Shown one piece after another: positions 18,198 to 29,941 of a stretch of DNA of 64,000 nucleotides. The DNA is taken from the NCBI GenBank assembly GCA_963832165.1, contig CAWHTE010000004.1:544001-608000 (forward strand), written 5' to 3'. The position numbers and the translations under genes were made by a program. Source of the stretch: an uncultured delta proteobacterium (lineage in GTDB: Bacteria > Myxococcota_A > UBA9160 > SMWR01). Below the pieces are notes generated by a model that was not told the DNA's origin, did not search any database, and was given only the letters and a program-made list of their open reading frames with translations. The first letter of the stretch is position 1. Every line of letters begins with the position of its first letter.

Positions 18198-19202
18198 ATG
18201 AAGCTCGGCGTGCAGCTCGGTTATTGGATGGGGGCATCCCCGCCCCCGCATCAGCTCGAGACCACGCTCGAAGCCGAGCGGCTCGGCTACGACAGCGCTT
18301 GGTTCGCCGAGGCGTACGGATCCGATTGCTTCTCACCGTTGTGCTGGATCGGATCGCGCACGTCGCGGATCAAGCTCGGCACCGCGGTGATGCAGATCTC
18401 CGCACGCACGCCCGCGTGCACCGCGATGACCGCGGCGACGATCGATCACCTCTCGGGTGGCCGGCTGATCCTCGGGATCGGCGTCTCGGGTCCCCAGGTG
18501 GTGGAGGGCTGGTACGGACAGCCGTTCGCGAAGCCGCTCGCGCGCACGCGCGAGTACGTGGGCGTGCTGCGCGACATCTGGCGCCGCGAGGGGCCCGTCG
18601 AGAACCCGGGTCCGCACTATCCGATGCCGCTCCAGGGCGGCACCGGGCTCGGAAAGCCGCTCAAGCTGATCATCCACCCGGTGCGCCGCGAGATCCCGAT
18701 CTACATGGGCGCGGAAGGGCCCAAGAACGTCGCGCTGTGCGCGGAGATCGCCGACGGCTGGCTTCCGCTGTTCATCTCGCCGTATCGGATGCAGCCGTTC
18801 GCGGACGCGCTCGCGCACGCGAAGCCGGGCTTCGAGATCGCCGCGACGGTGATCGTCTCGCGCAACGACGACCTCGCCCAGGCGCTCATGCCCGTGAAGA
18901 TGATGCTGGGCTTCTATCTGGGCGGGATGGGCGCGCGCTCGCACAACTTCCACGTCGATCTTCTGAACCGCATGGGCTTCGAGCACGCGACGGGGAAGAT
19001 CCAGGACCTGTTCTTCGCGGGGAAGCGCGCCGAAGCGGTCGCGGCGATCCCCGACGAGATGGCCGACGAGATCGCGCTGTGCGGCTCGGACGCGCGCATC
19101 CGCGATCGGCTCGCGGTGTGGCGGGAGTCGCGCGTGACGACGCTGCTCGTGAGCGGCGGCGATCCCGGCGCGATGCGCTTCATGGCGGAGTCGGTGCTGT
19201 AG
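18198..19202 (+). CDS. LLM class flavin/F420-dependent oxidoreductase
   Basis: AEAYGSD, LSGGRLILGIGVSGPQVVEGWYG, AEGPKN, ADGW. Confidence 0.9.
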   Translation: MKLGVQLGYWMGASPPPHQLETTLEAERLGYDSAWFAEAYGSDCFSPLCWIGSRTSRIKLGTAVMQISARTPACTAMTAATIDHLSGGRLILGIGVSGPQVVEGWYGQPFAKPLARTREYVGVLRDIWRREGPVENPGPHYPMPLQGGTGLGKPLKLIIHPVRREIPIYMGAEGPKNVALCAEIADGWLPLFISPYRMQPFADALAHAKPGFEIAATVIVSRNDDLAQALMPVKMMLGFYLGGMGARSHNFHVDLLNRMGFEHATGKIQDLFFAGKRAEAVAAIPDEMADEIALCGSDARIRDRLAVWRESRVTTLLVSGGDPGAMRFMAESVL

Positions 19203-19294
19203 GGCGGGAGAGCGCAGCGATCCCGCCATGCGGCGGTCGCAACGGCGGGATCCGCCTTCGGCTCCTCCCGCCCTACGAATTCCCGCCCTACGAA
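19199..19294. repeat. Inverted REP doublet (REPIN/BIME-like) plus duplicated half copy between convergent genes
   Basis: GTAGGGCGGGA..TCCCGCC (19199-19227), inverted GGCGGGA..TCCCGCCCTAC (19244-19276), then a tandem TCCCGCCCTACGAA. Confidence 0.85.
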
Positions 19295-19920
19295 GTCAGA
19301 CGCTCGAGCTCCGCGAGCGCATCGCTCGGATCGTCGCCGACCAGTACACCGTGCATGCCGAGCCGTCGTGCCGCGGCGACGTTGCCCGGAAAATCGTCGA
19401 GGAACACCGCGTGCTCGGGCGCGATGCCGCCGAGCTCGCGCAGCGCGAGCGAGAAGATCGCGGGGTCGGGTTTGCGCACGCCGACCTCGCTCGAGTCGAT
19501 CACGGCGTCGAACAGCTCGGCGATCGGGAGCAGCGAGCGCCAGCCCGCCGAGAACTCGCGCGCGTTGTTGGTGACGAGCGCCGTGCGCAGGCCGCGCTCG
19601 CGGATCCGGCGCGTCGCCGCGACCACCTGCTCGCGAGCGCCGCCGCCGCGGCCCATGCGCGCGAGGATCGCGAGGGGGTCGAGCGCGAGCCCCGCTTCGG
19701 TCGCGAGCGCCATGATCGCGTCGCGCGCGTGGCCGAGCGAGAGCTCGCCGCGCTCGAGGCGGTGCCACGGGTGGTCGGTATCCCGGTCGTAGGGACCGAA
19801 CACGACGTCGAGCACGAGCTCGGGGGTGGAGCCGAGCTCCGCGGCCGCGCCGGCGAACAGCGAGAACGGCGACGAGGTATAGACGCCGCCGAAGTCGAAC
19901 AGGACTGCGCGAATCGCCAT
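19288..19920 (-). CDS. HAD family phosphatase (epoxide hydrolase N-terminal-like)
   Basis: LFDFGGV, VTNN, SSEVGVRKPDPAIF, FLDD. Confidence 0.9.
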   Translation of the reverse strand: MAIRAVLFDFGGVYTSSPFSLFAGAAAELGSTPELVLDVVFGPYDRDTDHPWHRLERGELSLGHARDAIMALATEAGLALDPLAILARMGRGGGAREQVVAATRRIRERGLRTALVTNNAREFSAGWRSLLPIAELFDAVIDSSEVGVRKPDPAIFSLALRELGGIAPEHAVFLDDFPGNVAAARRLGMHGVLVGDDPSDALAELERLTS

Positions 19921-19983
19921 GTGGGCTACCAGTATGGCCCAGGAATCGACGATTCAGGCGTTGCAGAGCAGGAGGTTCGGCCG

Positions 19984-20781
19984 ATGGGGCGACTGGCGGG
20001 GCGCGTGGCGGTGATCACGGGTGCGGCATCGGGGATCGGGGCCGCTTGCGCGCGGCGGTTCGCGGACGAGGGCGCCGTGATCGCGGGGCTCGACCTGCAG
20101 AAGCCCGTCGACGACGGCTGGGACCGCGTGGTGGCCGCGTCGCCCGCGTCGAGCTTCCGCGAGGGTCTCGACGTGCGCGACGAGGCGAGCGTCGAAGTCG
20201 CGATCGACGCAGTGCGCGATCGCTATCACCGGATCGATGCGCTCGTGAACGCGGCCGGCGTCGCGGGCGGTGGGCTCGCGCACGAGCTCTCCGTCGAAGA
20301 GTGGGACCGCGTCGTCGACATCAATCTCAAGGGCTCGTTCCTGGTCGCCAAGCACGTGCTGCGTGCGATGATCGCGCAGGGATCCGGCAGCATCGTGCAC
20401 GTTGCGAGCGTCGAGGGACTCGAGGGGATGAGCGGCTCGCTGCCCTACAACGCCTCGAAGGGCGGCGTGGTGCTCATGACCAAGAACATGGCGATCGACT
20501 ACGGGGCAAAGGGCATCCGCGTGAACTGCCTGTGCCCGGGACTGATCGAGACGCCGCTCACCGCGCTGCTGAAATCGGAGCCGCTGCAATCCACGCACGA
20601 TCAGATGAAGAGCTGGCACATCCTGAACCGGTTCGGCCGGCCCGAGGAGGTCGCGAACTGCGCGCTGTTCCTGGTGTCCGACGAGGCGTCATTCGTGACG
20701 GGCCACGCGCTCGTGGTGGACGGCGGCTGGATGGCGGGACGGCGCGTCGACGTCGACGAGCTCTTGCTCGCGGTTAGCTAG
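19984..20781 (+). CDS. SDR family oxidoreductase
   Basis: TGAASGIG, NAAG, YNASK, VDGG; CAGGAGG RBS. Confidence 0.92.
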   Translation: MGRLAGRVAVITGAASGIGAACARRFADEGAVIAGLDLQKPVDDGWDRVVAASPASSFREGLDVRDEASVEVAIDAVRDRYHRIDALVNAAGVAGGGLAHELSVEEWDRVVDINLKGSFLVAKHVLRAMIAQGSGSIVHVASVEGLEGMSGSLPYNASKGGVVLMTKNMAIDYGAKGIRVNCLCPGLIETPLTALLKSEPLQSTHDQMKSWHILNRFGRPEEVANCALFLVSDEASFVTGHALVVDGGWMAGRRVDVDELLLAVS

Positions 20782-21302
20782 GTCACCCGCTCGCCGCGCG
20801 CCATCAGGAGCTTGCCCGAGCGCACGAGCTCGACCAGCGAGAACGGCCGCAACAGCTCGATCAACGCGTCGAGCTTCTCGCTCGAGCCGTGCGCCTGCAG
20901 GATCAGCGAATCCTTGCCGAAGTCGACCACGCGCGCCTTGTAGTGCTCGGCGATCTGCAGGATCGGCGTGCGGTCCGTGATCGGGCACTCGAGCTTGATC
21001 AGCGCGATTTCGACCGAGTAGGTCAGGTCGGCGGTGTGGTCGATCGCGTGCACCACGTCGACGAGCTTCGCGACCTGCCGGACCACCTGCTCCAGGTCGT
21101 CCCTGCGACCCGAGCACGTGATCGTCATGCGCGAGAAGCGGTCTTCGACGCCGGGGCTCACCACGAGGCTCTCGATGTTGAAGCCGCGGCGCGAGAACAC
21201 GAGCGCGACGCGCACGAGCACGCCGGGCTTGTTGTTCACGAACACCGAGATCGCGTGGGTGCCGATCGCGTCGGCGGAGGGCAGGGTGCGGGCAGCGCTC
21301 AT
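20778..21302 (-). CDS. ilvN: Acetolactate synthase small subunit
   Basis: ACT domain NKPGVLVRVALVFSRRGFNIESL, ELVRSG; directly after ilvB. Confidence 0.93.
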   Translation of the reverse strand: MSAARTLPSADAIGTHAISVFVNNKPGVLVRVALVFSRRGFNIESLVVSPGVEDRFSRMTITCSGRRDDLEQVVRQVAKLVDVVHAIDHTADLTYSVEIALIKLECPITDRTPILQIAEHYKARVVDFGKDSLILQAHGSSEKLDALIELLRPFSLVELVRSGKLLMARGERVT

Positions 21303-23019
21303 CACGTACTCCCCGTCGGTTTGGCGAGCTTGTGCTTGGGCGGCTCGATGATCATGTCCCGCACGGCGGCGCCGGCCGGGATCATCGGGAACACGTTGTC
21401 TTCCTTGACCACCTCCGCGACCACGACGCACGGCCCTTCGTCGTAGTCGTGCGCCTTGCGCAGGATGCGGTCGACGTCGGCCGAGCGCTTGATCCGGAAA
21501 GCCTTCACACCGTACGCCTCGGCGAGCTTCACGAAGTCGGGGTTGCCGACCAGGTCGGCGCCCGACAGGCGGTTCTCGTAGAACAGCTCCTGCCACTGCC
21601 GGATCATCCCGAGATAGTTGTTGTTGATGATCAGGCACTTCGCGCGGACCTTGTGGATCTGCGCCGTGGCGAGCTCGCTCTGGGTCATCTGGAAGCCGCC
21701 GTCGCCGACCACGGCCCAGACCTTCTTGCGCGGATTCGCGAACGCGGCACCGATCGCTGCGGGCCAGCCGAAGCCCATCGTGCCCGCGCCGCCGCTCGAG
21801 ATCCAGTGGCGATTCGAGCGCGCGAGGCAGAACTGCGCGGCCCACATCTGGTGCTGACCCACGTCGGTGGTGATGATCGCGTCGCCCTGCGTGATCGCAT
21901 CGAGCCGGTCGAGCACGTGCTGCGCGCGCAGTCCGCCCTTCTTCGGGTAGTGGAGCGGATACTGCTTGCGCCAGCGCTCGCACTGCTTGAGCCAGGCCTC
22001 CGTCTCGCGCCATCTCGATCAGCGGCACGAGGTCCTCGATCACGAGCCGCGCGTCGCCGAGGATCGACACGTCGGGCCGGACCATCTTGTTGAACTCCGC
22101 GGGATCGATGTCGACGTGGATCTTCACCGCGTCGGTGCAGAACTCGGACAGCTTTCCGGTGATGCGATCGTCCCAGCGCGCGCCGATCGCCATGATCAGG
22201 TCGCAGTCGGCGACGGCCTTGTTCGCGTAGGCGGTGCCGTGCATGCCGAGCATCCCGAGGTGGAGCGGGTGGCGCTCGTCGACGGCGCCCTTGCCGAGCA
22301 GCGTGTTGACCACGGGCGCGCGCAGCTTCTCCGCGAGCGAGGTGATCGCCTTGCCCGCGTCCGCGATCACGGCGCCGTGACCCACGTAGAGCAGCGGACG
22401 CCGGCTCTCGGAGAGCAGCCGCGCCGCTTCGGCGATCGCGTTCGGCGTCGCCGCGACTGGGCACGCTGTAGCCGGGCAGGTCGAGCTTGTCCGTGAACGG
22501 CGCGGGGCAGGGCGCCTGGCCGATGTCCTTGGGCACGTCGATCAGCACCGGGCCCGGGCGGCCCGTCGTTGCGACGTGGAAGGCCTCGCGCACGATGCGC
22601 GGGATGTCGCGGCCGTCCTTGACCAGATACGAGTGCTTGACCACGGGATAGGTGATCCCCGTGACGTCGGCCTCCTGGAATGCGTCCTTGCCGAGCATCG
22701 GCGAGATCGTCTGGCCGCAGATCACGATGATCGGCGCCGAGTCCATGAGCGCCGTGAGCAGCCCCGTCACGGTGTTGGTGGCGCCGGGGCCCGAGGTCAC
22801 GAGCACCACGCCGGGCTTGCCCGTGGAGCGCGCGTAGCCATCGGCCATGTGGGTGGCGCCCTGCTCGTGGCGCACGAGGATCAGCTTGATCTTGGAATCG
22901 ACCAGCGCGTCGAACATCGGCATCGCCGCGCCGCCGGAAAGGCCGAAGATGTACTCGACGCCCTCGCGCTCGAGACATTGAATCAGCTTTTCTCCGCCGG
23001 TAGGCGTCTTGGGCTCCAC
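21302..23019 (-). CDS. ilvB: Acetolactate synthase large subunit, two apparent frameshifts (~22445, ~22007)
   Basis: RHEQGA, TSGPGATN, GMHG, RWDDRIT and GDGGFQM..NNNYLGMIRQWQ are spread over three frames; GGAGG RBS. Confidence 0.9.
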
Positions 23020-23203
23020 TGCCGACCTCCGATCCGCTCAGTTCCCCGAAGAAAGCGCTGGATTCACTCTTCGTCGGGAAGTGGGAGGCGGCAGTTTAGA
23101 CCGGATCTCGCGTTTTGCACGGAAAGTGAGCTGCGATCTGATCTCCGAGATAGACCTAGAACGCTGATCTGTGCCGAAACCCTCCGGATTCCCCAAGGGG
23201 AAG

Positions 23204-24400
23204 TCATGATCTCTGGAATCTGGCCCCGATCCAGGAAGATACGAGCTCGAGCGCGGCGGGTCGATGCCCTTCGAGATAGTGCGGAGCGCCCTGGATCGCC
23301 TCGTAGGTCACGTCGTCGCTGCCCGAGGAGTCGCGGATCTCCAGCGCCTGCCGCACGCGGATCTCGGTGTCGGCCGTCGGGTGCACGATCAGGGTGGGCA
23401 CCTTCACGTGCGGAAGCGTGTCCGCGACCCGCGCGTGCGACGAGAGGCCCGACCAGGTCGAGAGCCAGCCGCGCGCGGTCATCGTGCGCGCGAGGCCGCC
23501 GCGGCCGTAGTTCGCGTCGAGCGGGTCCGGGAACGCGAACAGCGAGCCGAGCGGGCGCTCGTCGGGATCGATGCTCAGATCCAGATAGGCCGGATCTGCG
23601 AGCGTTCGGTAGATCGTGAGATAGCGCGCGCTGACCTGGCGCTGGCGCCAGTAGCGCCACTCGGCCGGATTTGCGCTGCGATCGATCGCCGCGGCCAGCT
23701 CGCCCGCACGGCGCGCGCTATCGATCGAGCCGCGTGCAATCGCATCGATGCGCGCCACGCGGTCGCGCTGCGCGGCGCGGTAGCGCGCGAGCCACTCGCG
23801 GTCGTAGGAGCACGGCGAAGGCCACGGCCGCCAGCCGTTGTCGGGGTTGTACATGTCGAGCTCGGGCACCACCGAGCTCGGGTCGCCCTCGTCGGCGACC
23901 GACGGATCGATCACCTGGAGCATGAACACGCCTTCGCCCGGGTGCGCGGCGATCCCGATCCACGCGTCACCGCACTGTGTCTCGCGCTGCGCGAGCGCCA
24001 TGAGCGATCCGCCGCCGCTGTTGCCGAGCAGCACCACGGCCTCGGCGCCGCGCCGCCGCATCTCCTCCACGGCCGTGGCGACGTCGGTGACGCACGCCTC
24101 GTGCAGACAGTCGGTGTCGTTGTTCAGGTAGCGCGTGGCGAAGCCGAACGCGGCATAGCCCGCGGCCGCGAGCAGCGGACACGCGTAGTGCACGGAGAAG
24201 TCGCCGCGCGGGTGGGCGAGCACGACGGCAGTCTTCCAGCGCTCGCCGGTCGGCGGTGTCCAGAGCGTCCCGCGCACGAGCGCGCCGTCGCGAGTCACGA
24301 GGCGCACGGGCTCGCGGCGCACCGCAACGCCCGGGTCGTCCTCGGGCAGCGGCCAGAATCCGAAACCGAGCGGACGCTAGGCGCCGAGTGAGTGGGGCAT
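23204..24400 (-). CDS. Alpha/beta hydrolase; probable start ATG 24400 with in-frame TAG at 24377-24379 (otherwise GTG 24322)
   Basis: HP oxyanion motif, nucleophile [19 protein letters not shown]. Confidence 0.75.
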
Positions 24401-24453
24401 GGCGTCGACGCTAGAGGAGCGGTCCGAGACGCGCACGCGGGTTGTCCGGCACG

Positions 24454-25585
24454 TCAGCGCGCGAAATGCGCAAGCGTCTCGACGTGCTCCGTGAACGGGA
24501 ACAGCGCGTACACCTCGAGCGAGCGCATCCGCAGCGCGCTGTGCTCGAGCAGCCAGCTGGCCTGCGAGAGGAAGCTGTCCAGCCCACAGCTGACCCAGAC
24601 CAGATGCTCGGGCGGCCGGCTGGCGAGCGCGCCGAGCAGCGCGGGCTCGAGGCCGCTGCGCGGCGGATCGACGAGCACGGCGTCGGCGTCCGCGAGCAGG
24701 TCGAGGTGCTCCGCGGCCGGTCCCGCGCGCACGTGCGCGCGCGCGCGCTCCGACGCGGGCCGCCGCGCGATCCCGCGCGCGAGGCCGTCGAGCGCTGGCG
24801 CGCTCACCTCGTTGAACGTCAGACGCTCGACCCTGCGCAGCAGTCCCATGCCGAGCGGACCGCAGCCCGCGTGGAACTCGACCGCGCGCGCGCCGTCGGG
24901 GATGCAGCGCTGGGCGCTGTGCGCGATGCGCTCCGCGAGCGCGGGGTGGCTCTGCCCGAACGCGCCCGGCGGAAATGCGATCTCGCAACCGGCCACGTCT
25001 TCGACGATCGCGTCGGGCCCCGCGAGGTGGTGCCACGCGGGCCCCAGGATCGCGTTGGTGCGCTCGGGGTTTCCGTTCCACCACAGGCTGTGCAGCGACG
25101 CGCCGAGCTCGCGCGCGAGCGGCGCCGCGAGCGCGGCGACCGGCCCCGGCTGCGCTGCGTTCTCGATCAGCACGAGCTGCGCGCTCTGCGAGCGCCGCTC
25201 CACCACCACCTGGATCGCGCGCAGCGCGCCGCGGTGGGGGCGATCGGCGTAGGGCTCGACGCCGGTGTCGCGCGCGGCGGCTCGCACGGCAGCCGCGACG
25301 CGGTTGATCAGCGGGTGGTGGATCCGACACTGCGGAATGTCGACGATCCGGTGCGACCCCTGCTGGAACAGCCCGATCTTGGGCGTGCGCGTGCGGCCGC
25401 GCACCATGAGCCGCGCGCGGTGGCGGCTCGCGAAGCCGGGTGCCTCGACCAGCGCGGGGGCGGGCAGGCCCGCGCTCGCGGCGAACGCAGCCAGCGCGTC
25501 GCGCGCGCGCCGGCGCGATCCCGGGCTCGCCGTAGCGCGGGCACCCGGGACAGGGCGGCCGATGCGGGCAGGGTGCGGCGCTCAC
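24454..25585 (-). CDS. Class I SAM-dependent RNA m5U methyltransferase (RlmD/TrmA family), frameshift near 25500
   Basis: N-terminal CPHRPPCPGC; FGQ, EFHAGCG, VDPPRSGL, VSC, FPFTEHVE. Confidence 0.85.
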
Positions 25586-25637
25586 GCGCCGGAAGATGCC
25601 ACGACCCGATCTCCTTCTTAGGGGTAGGATCGAGGGC

Positions 25638-28600
25638 GTGGGCATTCCTCCTCGCTGCCGCGGTCTCACCCGGGTCCTCGGTGCCGCACTGTTCGCGGCC
25701 GCTTCGGCGCAGGCCCAGGCGCCCGACCCGGCGACGCCCGAGGTGCTCGTGCGTCTGCGCACGGAGGGCCCGCACGCGGTCGTCGACTGCGCGGCCGCGC
25801 AGCAGCGGCGCGGCCGGCCGCTCGCGGAGATCGCGCGCGACCGCGGCGACAGTCTCGACCGCCTGAACGCGGAGCTCGGCGTGCGCGCGGTGCGCGCCGT
25901 GTTCCGGCCCGCCGATGGGCGTTCGCTCGACGACTGGCGCGCCGAGCTCGCGGCGCGCGCGCACGCGCGGCGCGCGTCGCTTCCCGCGCACGCGCGCGCG
26001 GCGCTGCCGAGCGTGCCCGACCTCGCTCCGATCTATCGCCTCTCGCTCGCGTCGGGCGTCGATCCAGCGGCCGCGGCCGCGCGTTATGCGGCGGATCCAC
26101 ACGTCGCGTGGGCGCAGGCGAGCCTCTCGGTGGCGACCGACCTGGCCGCGAACGATCCGTTCCTCTCCTCGAGCGGTGCCTGGGGTCAACCCTATGCCGA
26201 TCTCTGGGGAATCCTGCGCGTGGGTGCGCCCGACGCCTGGGACCTGTCGCAGGGCGAAGGCATCGCGGTGGCCGTGGTCGACACCGGGATCGACGTGGAG
26301 CACCCCGATCTCGCCGGGAATCTGTGGGTCAACCCGGGCGAGGATCTCGACGGCAACGGCGTCGCCGACGCGAGCGATCCGAACGGCATCGACGACGACC
26401 ACAACGGATTCATCGACGACCTGAACGGGTTCGATTTCGCCAACTCGGTCGATGCCGATGGCGACGGCGATTTCGACGATCCCGGCGACGTCTCGGACCC
26501 CGATCCGTTCGACGACTTCGGTCACGGCACGCACGTGGGCGGGACGATCGCTGCGGTGGCCAACAACGGGATCGGTGTGGCCGGCGTGGCGCCGCGCGCG
26601 CGCCTGATGGCGCTCAAGGGATTCCGCGCGAGCGGAGAGACGCCCGACGCGGTGCTCGCGCGCGCGATGGTGTATGCGGCGCAGAACGGCGCGCGCGTGA
26701 TCAACAACAGCTGGTCGTGTAGCACGCGCTGCCCGAGCAACCCGGTGCTCGAGGAGGCGCAGGCGTTCGCGGCATCGCTGGGCGTCGTCGTGGTGACGTC
26801 GGCCGGCAACCGCTTCGACGACGTCGTGTTCTACAGCCCCAAATGGCGCCGCGACAACATCGTGGTGGGCGCGAGCGACGATCGCGATCGGCCCGCGGTG
26901 TTCACGAACCAGGGCTATCTCGTGAGCGTGGTGGCGCCGGGCTCGGGCGATTTCGACCTCCCGGGCGTCTTCTTCCCGCAGCGCGCGATCCTGTCGACGC
27001 GCTCGTCGGGCGCGGCGGTCGGGGCCGACGGCGGAGGCGCGTTCACGGTCGGCGGCGACTACCTGCGCTGGGTCGGCACGTCGATGTCGGCGCCGCACGT
27101 TTCCGGGATCGCGGCGCTCGTGCTCGCGCTCCACCCCGACTACACGCCCGACGACGTGCGCGCGGTAGTCCGGAGCACGGCGCGCGATCTCGGCGCGCCC
27201 GGCCACGATCGCGCGACGGGCGCCGGGATCGCGGACGCCGCGAGCGCGGTGCGCAGCGGACGCCCCGCGCTGCGCGCGCTGTTCCATGCGCCCGCGCCCG
27301 GCGCCGTGATCGTGCCCGACGCCGAGACCGTGGCGATCCGCGGGGCCGTGATCGGCCCCGTATCCGCGGCAGTGCTCTCGGTGGGATCCGGGCTCGATCC
27401 CGCGAGCTTCGACCCGATTCCGCTCGCGACGCCGCTGCCGGAACAAGACGGCCTGCTCGCGCGCTGGGACGTCTCGGCGCGCGTAGACGGTCCCTACGTG
27501 CTCCGGCTCGAGGTGCGCGGCGCCGACGGGCGCGAGCGCCGTCGAGTTCCTGCCCGTGTCGCTCGAGCGCAATGCGCCGGTTCGCCTCTCGTCGCCGGGC
27601 GCGCCCGCCTTCGCGCCCGCGATCTCGGGCAAGCGCGTCGTCTGGGAATCGAAGCGCGATCTCGATGGAGAGGAGCTCGGCCTCGAGCTGTTCGCGCGCG
27701 ATTGGACGTCGGGCGAAGAGCTCCGCGTCGTGAGTGCGCCGGGAGATCAGCACGCCGCGCGCGTGTCGGGCGATCGGCTCGCGTGGCTCGATACGCGCAA
27801 CCACCCGAGCGAGGTGCGCACGTGTCGGCTGGAGTCGTCGCGCGCACCGTGTCGCGACACGGTGGCCGCGGCGGGGCCGGACTCTCGACGCGCGCTCGAT
27901 CTGTCGCAGGACCTCCTGGTGTGGACGCAGGGAGAGTCGGGCGTGGAGCAGTTGCGCGGCTGCCGTGCGAGTGGCGCGGGGTGTCCGCCGATCGCGCTTC
28001 CGCAAAGCGCGGCGAGTCAGATCGATCCGGTCGTGCGTGGCGGTCGCCTCTGGTGGCGCGAGCTGTTCGCCGGGGGCGCCGCGGTGTACACGTGCGCGGG
28101 CATTCCTGGGTCCTGCGAGCCCGCGGTGCTCGACTCCGTGCAGACCGACAGCCCGTTCGCGGCCACGGAGAGCCGGGCCGCCTGGTGGAGCCTCGGGTTC
28201 CCGAGTCGCGTGTCGGTGTGCCGGATGACCGGGGCCGGGACGTGTTCGGCGCGGCTGATCACGACGGTCGACGGCCTGGACATCGAGATCGCGATCTCGG
28301 AGCACCGGGTGGTGTGGCACGCGCCGGGCCCCGGCGGAGATCTCGACATCTATTTCTGCGAAGACGACGCTCACACCGGGCAGTGTCCGGTCCAGCGGTT
28401 GACCGGCAGCGCCGCGGAGCAGCGCAACCCCGACGTCTCGGGAACGCGCGTGGTGTGGGAGGACGATCGCGACGGCCCCGCGATTCTGGGCCTCGAGCTT
28501 CCGTCGCTCGATCCGATCCCGGATCGCAGCGCGACGGTGGGGCGCACGCTGCGCATCGCCGTGCGCGGGCGCGACCCGGCCGGCGGCGTGCTCGCGCTCA

Positions 28601-28806
28601 CGGGCGCGTTCGCGGACGGGACGCCGCTCGCCGCACGCGGCGCGCAGTTCGTCGACCGCGGCGACGGCTCGGGCGTGCTGAGCTGGACACCGCGCGCGGG
28701 CGACGCGGGCACTCACATCGTGACGTTCGCGGGCCGCAGCGCGGGGCACCTCACGACGCGCACGAGCGTGCGCATCGCGGTCAGCTCGCCTCGAGCAGCT
28801 CCGTGA
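25638..28806 (+). CDS. Secreted S8 subtilase with C-terminal beta-propeller-type repeats and Ig-like domain, frameshift near 27530
   Basis: Catalytic triad VVDTG, GHGTHVGG, GTSMSAPH; continues in ORF 27556-28806 with repeated P.[IV]SG.RVVW units. Confidence 0.85.
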
Positions 28807-29872
28807 CCAGGCAGCCCTCGTCGTCGTCGTCGTCGATCACGAGCGGCAGCGCGTGGATCACGTATTCGAGGTAGCGGTTCGCCTCTTCGGACAGGCCCTC
28901 GAAGCGCAGCATGAGGCCGCGCTCGCCGTCGTCGCGGTCGACGATCGCCTTGAGGATCAGCGGCGCCTCGCGGGTCTCGGGGTGCACTGCGAGCCGCAGG
29001 CGCATGCCGACGAGCAGCCTCGGATTGGGGGAAACGCGCATGCCGCGCCGCGAGAGATCGCGGCCCATCAGCACGCGCGCGGCCTGCTCCTCGAGCGACA
29101 CGACCGTGTGATCGAATTGATGGCGCGTTTCCCCGCGGCGTTCCGCAGCGGCCGCCTCCGCGATCGCAGGTGCGCCCTCGCACACGGCGGGACCCTCGGA
29201 GTGGACGTCGACGGCGGCCTGCAGCAGCGCGTACACGCGCGTGCTCGGCGGATCGAACTGCGCCGTGGTCACGAATCGGCCCAGCGCCTGATCGCGGCTG
29301 GCCGAGCACTCGACGACGCGCGCGCCGAGCGAGAGCGCCTTGCTGCCCGTGACCTCCGCGGGAATCTGGACCCGGAACGGCGTCCCGCGGTCGACCATGC
29401 GATCGGTGATCAGACGGCAGCCGCTCACGGAGAGATCGATGAGCAGTGCGGGGCGCTGCCGCCAGCCCAGCTTCACGCGCACGGGGGCACCCACGCTCAC
29501 GCGCGCGGCGCGGCGCTTCTCGGGGCCGCGGTACAGCGAGTGCAGCACGAGCGCACGCAGCGCAGAGGGGTGGACCGGCCGCCGCACCAGCATCGTGCGG
29601 CCCCTGCGGCGCAGCGAGCTGCGCAGCGTGCGCGCGTCGTGCGAGAGGATGGCGATCTGGGTGGGCGTCGAGACGGAGGAGGGCAGATGGAGGTCGAGGA
29701 TCCGCTTCGCGGACGCGACCACGAGGTCCCACGGGGTGTAGCGGTCCTGCTCGCTCTCGGGGCCGAGCCGCTCGATGAACGGGACCTGGAGCGCCACCAG
29801 CAATGCACGCACGTCGGCCAGTTCGCCGTCGTGGATCAGCAGGGAACGCGGGGCGGCAGGAGCTTGCATCAT
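28781..29872 (-). CDS. Tandem PilZ domain protein with degenerate receiver-like N-terminus
   Basis: EKRRAAR..IDLSVSG and ERRGETR..RDLSRRG, two RxxxR/DxSxxG pairs. Confidence 0.8.
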   Translation of the reverse strand: MMQAPAAPRSLLIHDGELADVRALLVALQVPFIERLGPESEQDRYTPWDLVVASAKRILDLHLPSSVSTPTQIAILSHDARTLRSSLRRRGRTMLVRRPVHPSALRALVLHSLYRGPEKRRAARVSVGAPVRVKLGWRQRPALLIDLSVSGCRLITDRMVDRGTPFRVQIPAEVTGSKALSLGARVVECSASRDQALGRFVTTAQFDPPSTRVYALLQAAVDVHSEGPAVCEGAPAIAEAAAAERRGETRHQFDHTVVSLEEQAARVLMGRDLSRRGMRVSPNPRLLVGMRLRLAVHPETREAPLILKAIVDRDDGERGLMLRFEGLSEEANRYLEYVIHALPLVIDDDDDEGCLVTELLEAS

Positions 29873-29941
29873 CCGGTGCGTGGCGCTCGGGAGGGTGGCT
29901 CTTCTCCATCGGTCGGCTCGGGGCGGCTCTGAAGACGCCAG

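Noticed and set aside
19199..19294. Possible CRISPR array from the repeated TCCCGCCCTACGAA
   Set aside because: Only two adjacent copies, no spacers, no cas genes; explained as REP elements.
20778..22385. Apparent IlvB-IlvN fusion ORF
   Set aside because: Artefact of the ilvB frameshifts; the joining segment is off-frame and ilvN has its own ATG at 21302.
23030..23203. ilv leader peptide or attenuator
   Set aside because: No short Ile/Leu/Val-rich ORF or terminator with a U-tract was visible.
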